NCBI GenBank assembly: GCA_025059375.1
Contig: JANXDO010000001.1
Span: 224,097-288,096 of the forward strand
DNA length: 64,000 nucleotides
Reading direction: 5' to 3'
Source: Candidatus Nezhaarchaeota archaeon
Lineage (GTDB): Archaea; Thermoproteota; Methanomethylicia; Nezhaarchaeales; WYZ-LMO8
Both the position numbers and the translations under genes were made by a program. The notes beneath the pieces were generated by a model that saw only the letters and a list, made by a program, of their open reading frames with translations, ran no database searches and was not told the origin of the DNA. This document shows, one piece after another, positions 58,132 to 64,000 of this stretch. The first letter of the stretch is position 1; the number at the start of each line of letters is the position of its first letter.

Positions 58132-59375
58132 TGTTGGCGTACAGTGACTTACTGCGGTCCATAAGTGAGCTCATAGACTCCCACGGTAAACCAAAGAGAG
58201 AAGTCTACTTAGACAACGAGAATTCTGGGCTAATAGTTTCAGAAGCCTTGAAGGCAATGGAGGACGCCTACTTACGTTGTGGTAGAGGCCATCCATCCAT
58301 AACTCACTTAATGGGCTGGATGAGCTATCAATCCCTCTACGAGGCGACCGTGAAGATCGCATCAGCAATCAACTGCAACCCTGAGGAAATTGTCTACACT
58401 CACAGTGGAACGGAAGCGAACAACTTAGCTATAACTGGCTCAGCTATTGCATCGCATGGTAGGAGGAAGATCCTCATTTCCAGCATAGAGCATTTAAGTG
58501 TTGTGTTTCCAGCTGAAAGCCTGGAGAGGCATGGATTTAAGGTCTTGAAGATACCAGTCAATGAAGAGGGATTCGTAAACTTAGAGTTCCTATCTAATAA
58601 CTTAGATAGGGATACCCTAATTGTGAGCATAGCAACAATAAACCACGAGATAGGGACTATCCAAGACATTAAGGCTATACGCGACATAGTTAAGGATAGG
58701 GATGAAGGGATACTACTTCACACGGATGCTTGCGATGCTCTTGGAAGAGTATCACTGGACTTGAAGAAGCTTGGTGTTGATCTAGCCTCCTTCAGTAGCC
58801 ACAAGGTGTATGGTCCCAAGGGTGTTGGAGCCCTCTATGTTAAGGAGGGTGTTAAGCTTGAACCAGTAATTCGTGGACAACTCAGCACTCAGAAACTTTG
58901 GCCTGGAGTTGAGAATGTACCCGGCATAATAGGCTTCTCTAAGGCTGTTGAGTTCATGCACACTAACTTCAGGGAAAATGTAGCGAAAATGAGTGAGCTT
59001 AGGGATAAACTGATAAATGGCATCTTAAGTAACATCGACTTCACTGTTCTAAATGGTCCTTATGGTGACAAGAGAGCTCCAGACAACGTTAACATTAGCT
59101 TCCTATACTGTGAGGGGGAAGCTTTAACTGTCGAGTTGAGTTTAAACGGGATTTACGTTTCTAGTGGAAGTGCATGTACAAGTCGAGTCTTAGAGCCAAG
59201 CCACGTTCTATTAGCCATTGGGAGAAAGTATGAGGAGGCTCACGGGAGCTTACTTATGAAGGTAACACCCTTCCACGCGATGTCCGACATAGACTACGTG
59301 CTAGAAGTGCTGCCAAGTGTAGTAAAGAGGATTAGATCCATAAGCCCTCTAAAACCTAAGAGAGAGGTGAAGTGA
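58131..59375 (+). CDS. iscS: Cysteine desulfurase-like PLP enzyme (IscS group I), atypical active site
   Basis: SGTEANN, IEH, SSHKVYGPKG (PLP Lys), SSGSACTS (persulfide Cys), PSHVL. Confidence 0.8.
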   Translation: MLAYSDLLRSISELIDSHGKPKREVYLDNENSGLIVSEALKAMEDAYLRCGRGHPSITHLMGWMSYQSLYEATVKIASAINCNPEEIVYTHSGTEANNLAITGSAIASHGRRKILISSIEHLSVVFPAESLERHGFKVLKIPVNEEGFVNLEFLSNNLDRDTLIVSIATINHEIGTIQDIKAIRDIVKDRDEGILLHTDACDALGRVSLDLKKLGVDLASFSSHKVYGPKGVGALYVKEGVKLEPVIRGQLSTQKLWPGVENVPGIIGFSKAVEFMHTNFRENVAKMSELRDKLINGILSNIDFTVLNGPYGDKRAPDNVNISFLYCEGEALTVELSLNGIYVSSGSACTSRVLEPSHVLLAIGRKYEEAHGSLLMKVTPFHAMSDIDYVLEVLPSVVKRIRSISPLKPKREVK

Positions 59376-59388
59376 AACGTCCAGTAGA

Positions 59389-59883
59389 GTGCCCTTAACT
59401 TACGGCAAGAAGGTCCTCGAGCTCTTTAGGAACCCTAAGAATCTTGGTAAGATGGAGGATGCAAATGCCGAGGCTATTGCTGGTAGCTTAGCATGTGGTG
59501 ACATGATAGCCATATACTTGAAGGTAGATGACTCAAATGAGAGGATAATTGACGCTAAATTTGAGAGTTATGGTTGCGCAGCAAACATAGCCGCAGCTAG
59601 CATGCTGACAGAGATGGTTAAAGGGAAGAGCCTACAGGATGCATGGAAGTTTTCTTGGAGGGAGATATCTGACGCGCTTGGTGGTCTACCATCAGTCAAG
59701 TATCACTGCGGCATATTAGCTGTTGGAGCACTTAGAAGAGCTATAAGAGCCTACTATAAGGACAAGCCAAAGCCAAGCTGGCTTCCTGAGGAGCTTACAA
59801 GGGAAGAGAAGCAAGCGTTAGAGGAAGAAAAGCTTATGGAGGTTCTCTCTAAGAGAGCTCAGAAGCTCTCATCTCAAGAGTAA
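59389..59883 (+). CDS. iscU: IscU/NifU-N Fe-S scaffold protein
   Basis: F.NPKN.G, ACGD, YGC...AA.S, KYHC. Confidence 0.9.
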   Translation: MPLTYGKKVLELFRNPKNLGKMEDANAEAIAGSLACGDMIAIYLKVDDSNERIIDAKFESYGCAANIAAASMLTEMVKGKSLQDAWKFSWREISDALGGLPSVKYHCGILAVGALRRAIRAYYKDKPKPSWLPEELTREEKQALEEEKLMEVLSKRAQKLSSQE

Positions 59884-60415
59884 GAAGCTATTGGAGATGT
59901 AAAGTTGTCCGGAGCCCTCAATAACCCCTTTTTTAGCTTGTAGTTGAAGATTAGGTGTCTTGAGTTACCAATTTAATGAAAGGATGGAGGCTCAATAAGC
60001 TTCCTCAATTCGCTTGAGGGAATCAATAAGAATAGGGAGAGGCTCGTGGCTGTCCTAGACAATGTCTAAGCTGCTAGCTTCTCGCTTCAGCAAGGTCTCT
60101 AGTTACTTTTTCTTTGCTACCTCCGAGTCAGCCTTCATTTTACGTTTCTAGTTAGCACGAGAGAATTATCAAACAATGAATGTAAATGTAGTCGCGTGCG
60201 AGTGCTTGATGGCTAAGTTATGCGGTTAAGCACTAAATAGATCTTACACCTTAAAGATCTAAAGATGCTTCCTCTGCAAGTGTATGGTTAGCTTGAGCTA
60301 AAGTTTATACTAGAACACAAAGAGGATAACATCATTAACTCTTAATAATATGGTCGGCATTATGACGTATACACTTGTGGGGTCCGTTTAACTTGCTGAG
60401 TGAGGTTGGTTCTTC

Positions 60416-61279
60416 ATGTCAATTAGTAAAATGAAGGTTTTGATGCCAATAATTATTGCTGTCTTCATCTCCACCTTAAGCCTCTTAGCCTACGAGAACC
60501 AAGTTTTAAGAGGTAGCGTAGCTATCCTTCACCGAAACCTCATCTCCATGACTGAGAGCTTCGAGAACCTTGAGAATCAACACATGAGGTTATTGAGTGA
60601 GCATGAATTGCTCCTCGTAACATATCAAAAGCTTCTTGAGGAGAACACCACCCTCAATGAGTCCTACAATATATTGAAGAAGGAACACTCAACTCTGCTT
60701 GATAAGTACGAAAAACTCGTGATGGACTACATCGAGCTAACAGAGTCTTATACCAAACTTAATGACTCCTACACCATCCTCCTCCAAAACCACGTAGATC
60801 TTCAAGGCAGATACAAGGTCCTTTCAAACATGTACCAGGAGCTTCAGGCGATCTATGTATCCTTAAAAGAGGCTTATGATAAGCTCTACTTCGCAATGTA
60901 TCGTCCACTATGGTCTAATGAGACGGTAACCCCAACAATGAGTGAACTTAGGGAATGGCTTGAGAAAGATGACACTAATCGTTTACCTTACTCAAAGTGG
61001 GACTTTGTATGCGGAGACTTCGCAGTGATGCTGTCCATGCATGCTAAACTTAAACATTGGGACATGGGCATAGTGGCGGTCATAGGTAAAGATGCTAAAG
61101 GAAACGCCTTCAATCACGCCTTCAACGCAATAGTCTGTAAAGAGGGGCTAGTGTACATTGAACCACAAAATGACGAAATATTCCATGGACCGATAAGAGT
61201 GGGTGAATGGTATTATCACCCAGGTTTTGGAGCGATATATGTTGAAGCCTTCATAATCGTAGTGCTTTACCAACAATGA
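60416..61279 (+). CDS. Membrane-anchored coiled-coil protein with C-terminal transglutaminase/papain-like domain
   Basis: N-terminal TM, long heptad repeats, FVCGDFA / HAFN / IEPQ putative Cys-His-Glu triad. Confidence 0.65.
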   Translation: MSISKMKVLMPIIIAVFISTLSLLAYENQVLRGSVAILHRNLISMTESFENLENQHMRLLSEHELLLVTYQKLLEENTTLNESYNILKKEHSTLLDKYEKLVMDYIELTESYTKLNDSYTILLQNHVDLQGRYKVLSNMYQELQAIYVSLKEAYDKLYFAMYRPLWSNETVTPTMSELREWLEKDDTNRLPYSKWDFVCGDFAVMLSMHAKLKHWDMGIVAVIGKDAKGNAFNHAFNAIVCKEGLVYIEPQNDEIFHGPIRVGEWYYHPGFGAIYVEAFIIVVLYQQ

Positions 61280-61603
61280 TATGGAGTACTAAATCACCCC
61301 ACGCTCCATTCAAGATGATCATCAAGCGTACCTTGTAGGTGAACGTTACGATTACTGCCTAACAATCGCCAATACATTAAGTGGTTAGCACAACTTTTTA
61401 GCTACACAACAATTAACACCCAAAGTCCTGCTCAATGGTCTCGGCCTCTAAATTGAGCTCCGCTTACTGAAGTGGGCTTGCTTAAGGATCAGCTTATGAT
61501 GACCTTAAACCTCTAAGCACAACTCGAGGACTTGTAGAGCTTTCCATTAGAATCTACTCCTAAATCGATTAACGTAGTTGATCAGAGCTCTTAGCGCTAA
61601 GTC

Positions 61604-62569
61604 CTACTTGGCGAGCATGTAGTAAATTCTATCGTCTCTTATCTCCTCCTTCACTATCCCCCTATTCTCTAAGTAGATTAAATGTGCAATCGTCTCACTA
61701 ATAATGAACCACTTTTGGATGGGATTTATGGCGTCCCACTGATCGTAGGTCAAGTCCCAGCTAATTTCTGGTGCTACTTGCCAAGCCGTCTTAGCTCCAC
61801 TCTTCAAAGCATTAACTACTTCATCCAGCCTCCTCTCATGATGCTCCTTTAACTCCAATATTCTCTTCTTAACATCACCATGAAACTCTCTATGTCCCGG
61901 AAGCACATGCTTTACATCGAGTGAATAGATTTTATCTAGGCTATTCAAGTACTCCCAAAGTGAATCGTGTCCCTCCCAGTACGGGACGTTCGGTGTTATG
62001 TCGAAGAGTATGTGGTCTCCAGAGAATAAGACCCCATTATCTTCATCGTAGAGACACATATGGCCTGGCGTGTGACCAGGAGTAAGTATTGCCTTCAACT
62101 TGTAATCCCCATACTCAAAGAGCTCTCCATCCTTAACTACTTGAAAGTTAACCTCGCTGTAGTACCTGACAGCTGGATGGGACCTTAAGACCTTGTCTAA
62201 ATCTTCGAGTGGGAAGCCGTTCATTGTAAAGAAGCTCAAGTACCTAAGTATCCTTTGAGCAGAACTCGGTTCCTGCATTATGATAGCATCGCCCTCACTT
62301 ATGTACACGGTGCTAGTCAGTCTACCTGCGAGACCGAGGTGATCAGCGTGAAGGTGGGTTATGAAGTAATCAGCTCTCTTATAATCAACACCTATCTCAT
62401 TTAAGGCCTTCACAAGCTCCACATAACATTCATCCATATTAAACCCGGTGTCAATAATTAGTGGCCTCTTAGCCATTATGACGTAGGAGTTGAGCGACTT
62501 AAGTGGGCTGCCTGGTAACGGGACTTTAATCATGAAGATGCCGGGGAGCACCTCCTTTACAGACATCAA
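61604..62569 (-). CDS. MBL-fold metallo-hydrolase with C-terminal wHTH
   Basis: IDTG, THLHADHLG, TPGHTPGH, SGDHIL..ITPN, PGH, E..AHL.YL. Confidence 0.9.
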   Translation of the reverse strand: MMSVKEVLPGIFMIKVPLPGSPLKSLNSYVIMAKRPLIIDTGFNMDECYVELVKALNEIGVDYKRADYFITHLHADHLGLAGRLTSTVYISEGDAIIMQEPSSAQRILRYLSFFTMNGFPLEDLDKVLRSHPAVRYYSEVNFQVVKDGELFEYGDYKLKAILTPGHTPGHMCLYDEDNGVLFSGDHILFDITPNVPYWEGHDSLWEYLNSLDKIYSLDVKHVLPGHREFHGDVKKRILELKEHHERRLDEVVNALKSGAKTAWQVAPEISWDLTYDQWDAINPIQKWFIISETIAHLIYLENRGIVKEEIRDDRIYYMLAK

Positions 62570-62977
62570 GACCCTCCAGAGATCTTCGCCATCTTTCCGA
62601 TCAAGAAAATTCTGGGGTACATAGATTCAGCAGGCTTATAGGTCTTTTGGATTCATGCATAAGCAACGTAGAACCTGTGCTCCATACTTAAGAACCCCTC
62701 CAGAACAAGGTGCAAAGTCTAGTGGCTTCTAAAACATCAATCCGTGAGCCCCTTGCGGCTCATGGGTCTTGCTTTAAGCGTACGTTGAATAGCACTGCCG
62801 CTTGTTACAAAGCATAGACTTAACTTTAAAAGGCTTATGTGCCTTTAAAGAACCATGAAGCCTTAGTGATTAAATGCGTTCGTGAAGCTAGAATTTAAGC
62901 TGCTAGACGAGCTAAACCCATCACTTAAGAGTCCTAACGAAATTCCAATGAAGTTTAATAGCGTCTGCGTGAAACAC

Positions 62978-63790
62978 TTAAAAGCTAAAGCAGAAATCGT
63001 AGGGCATTTTGAGTTCATGGCACATCATAATTATCTCCTCACTGACCTTCTTCACCCATCCTCTATCCTTAACCGCCTCCATGAACCTGTTGGCGCTTTC
63101 GCCTCTAAGCGCTTTAGCCATAGCTCGCACGACATCCCCTCTAGTGTTCAGTTTATCCACAATCACATACTGGGCACCATGCTCATGGGCGAGCTCAAGT
63201 ATACCTTGAATTTCATAGTCAATAATCCCTGGTATCAATGGGCCGAGGAATAGAAATGTCTTAAACCCTCTCTCTGAAGCTTCCTTAAGTGCTCTGAGCC
63301 TAGCTATCGGTGGAGGTGCATTGGGCTCAAGAACCTTGTGGAAACTTAAAGTCGTCACAGTCACTCCAACTTCAAATCTTCCCTCTTCCATCAATTCTAA
63401 ATCCCTCCTAAATGTGTCAGACTTAGTTAGTAGCACAACCTCAAAGCCTCCTTTAGCTAAGAGCTCAATGCACCTCCTCGTGAGCTGACATTTCCACTCA
63501 ATGGGCTGGTATGGATCAGTTATGCTGCTCACTAAGACCCTACCCCTTGGAGCTCGCTTAACCTCCATTGCTAGCACTCTTGGAATGTTAACTTTGACTT
63601 CAACGAAGGAGCCCCAAGTCCTGTTCTTCAACCTCATCGGCATCATTCTAGGAACATAGCAGTATATACAGGCGTGCTCACAGCCAAAGTATGGATTAAG
63701 AGAGTAGTCCACACCGTAAATCTTACTTTTAGAGAGGGCTCTGTTACACGATATCTCAACGATACTTACACTCGGCTTAGCGCGTTCCAC
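62978..63790 (-). CDS. Radical SAM protein, spore-photoproduct-lyase-like family
   Basis: NPYFGCEHACIYCY, SSITDPYQP.E, LTKS, EP.APP...R. Confidence 0.85.
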   Translation of the reverse strand: MERAKPSVSIVEISCNRALSKSKIYGVDYSLNPYFGCEHACIYCYVPRMMPMRLKNRTWGSFVEVKVNIPRVLAMEVKRAPRGRVLVSSITDPYQPIEWKCQLTRRCIELLAKGGFEVVLLTKSDTFRRDLELMEEGRFEVGVTVTTLSFHKVLEPNAPPPIARLRALKEASERGFKTFLFLGPLIPGIIDYEIQGILELAHEHGAQYVIVDKLNTRGDVVRAMAKALRGESANRFMEAVKDRGWVKKVSEEIIMMCHELKMPYDFCFSF

Positions 63791-63881
63791 TTAACCTCAA
63801 CCCTCTCACGGACTTAAGGACGGCTTAACCAAAGTTACAGAAATATAAGTTGCTTGAACACCTATATCTTTGGTGGACCCC

Positions 63882-64000
63882 ATGCACGTAGTCTTCGTTC
63901 TGATAAACACTAAGCCTGGCAAGGCTTTTGAAGTAGCAGAGAAGGTCTGCAAGATTGAGAAGGTCAAGGCTGCGCATGCGGTGACAGGACCCTATGACGT
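63882..64000 (+). CDS. Lrp/AsnC ligand-binding (RAM) domain protein, 3' truncated by window
   Basis: MHVVFVLINTKPGKAFEVAEKVCKIEKVKAAHAVTGPYD read from DNA. Confidence 0.8.
   Translation, partial: MHVVFVLINTKPGKAFEVAEKVCKIEKVKAAHAVTGPYD

Noticed and set aside
62742-62765. Hairpin CCGTGAGCC/GGCTCATGG as a possible IS200/IS605 end
   Set aside because: Single copy, no tnpA/tnpB remnant nearby
298-63253. Many antisense or alternative-frame ORFs in the track (e.g. 298-672, 2393-2968, 42673-43371, 47044-47490, 55116-55589, 62882-63253)
   Set aside because: They shadow well-supported genes on the other strand or frame and show no recognisable motifs
1-64000. CRISPR arrays, tRNA/rRNA genes, transposases, integrases
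   Set aside because: No regularly spaced repeats, T-loop/cloverleaf signatures or mobile-element proteins seen by eye; a split or intron-containing tRNA could be missed

Overview
Gene-dense archaeal chromosomal window. Ribosomal protein eS25, pelota, paired PurP, an aKMT-type lysine methyltransferase and TATA/GGTG-type signals point to an anaerobic, probably thermophilic Thermoproteota (TACK) lineage; the exact taxon cannot be fixed from sequence alone. It carries housekeeping genes (purM end, purP x2, apgM, pelA, rps25e, trmO), a group 3b NiFe sulfhydrogenase operon, an AOR/saccharopine-dehydrogenase-like/SCP2/Fe-ADH cluster, and a DsrE-TusA-IscS-IscU sulfur relay with an atypical desulfurase. 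The most striking region is a lipid-oriented neighbourhood at about 14.6-28.5 kb. It contains a Grs/Gms-like radical SAM enzyme and a GPI-ethanolamine-phosphate-transferase-like membrane enzyme. It also holds an operon encoding a GK5-like kinase, an alkyl-DHAP-synthase-like flavoprotein, a GlpC-like Fe-S protein and a BON-fused G3P dehydrogenase, which I interpret as a candidate ether-lipid salvage/remodelling system. Reading the DNA also gave one good C/D-box sRNA candidate, weaker related ones, and two unannotated small ORFs. I saw no tRNA, rRNA, CRISPR array or transposase. All family assignments come from motif recognition by eye, not database searches.
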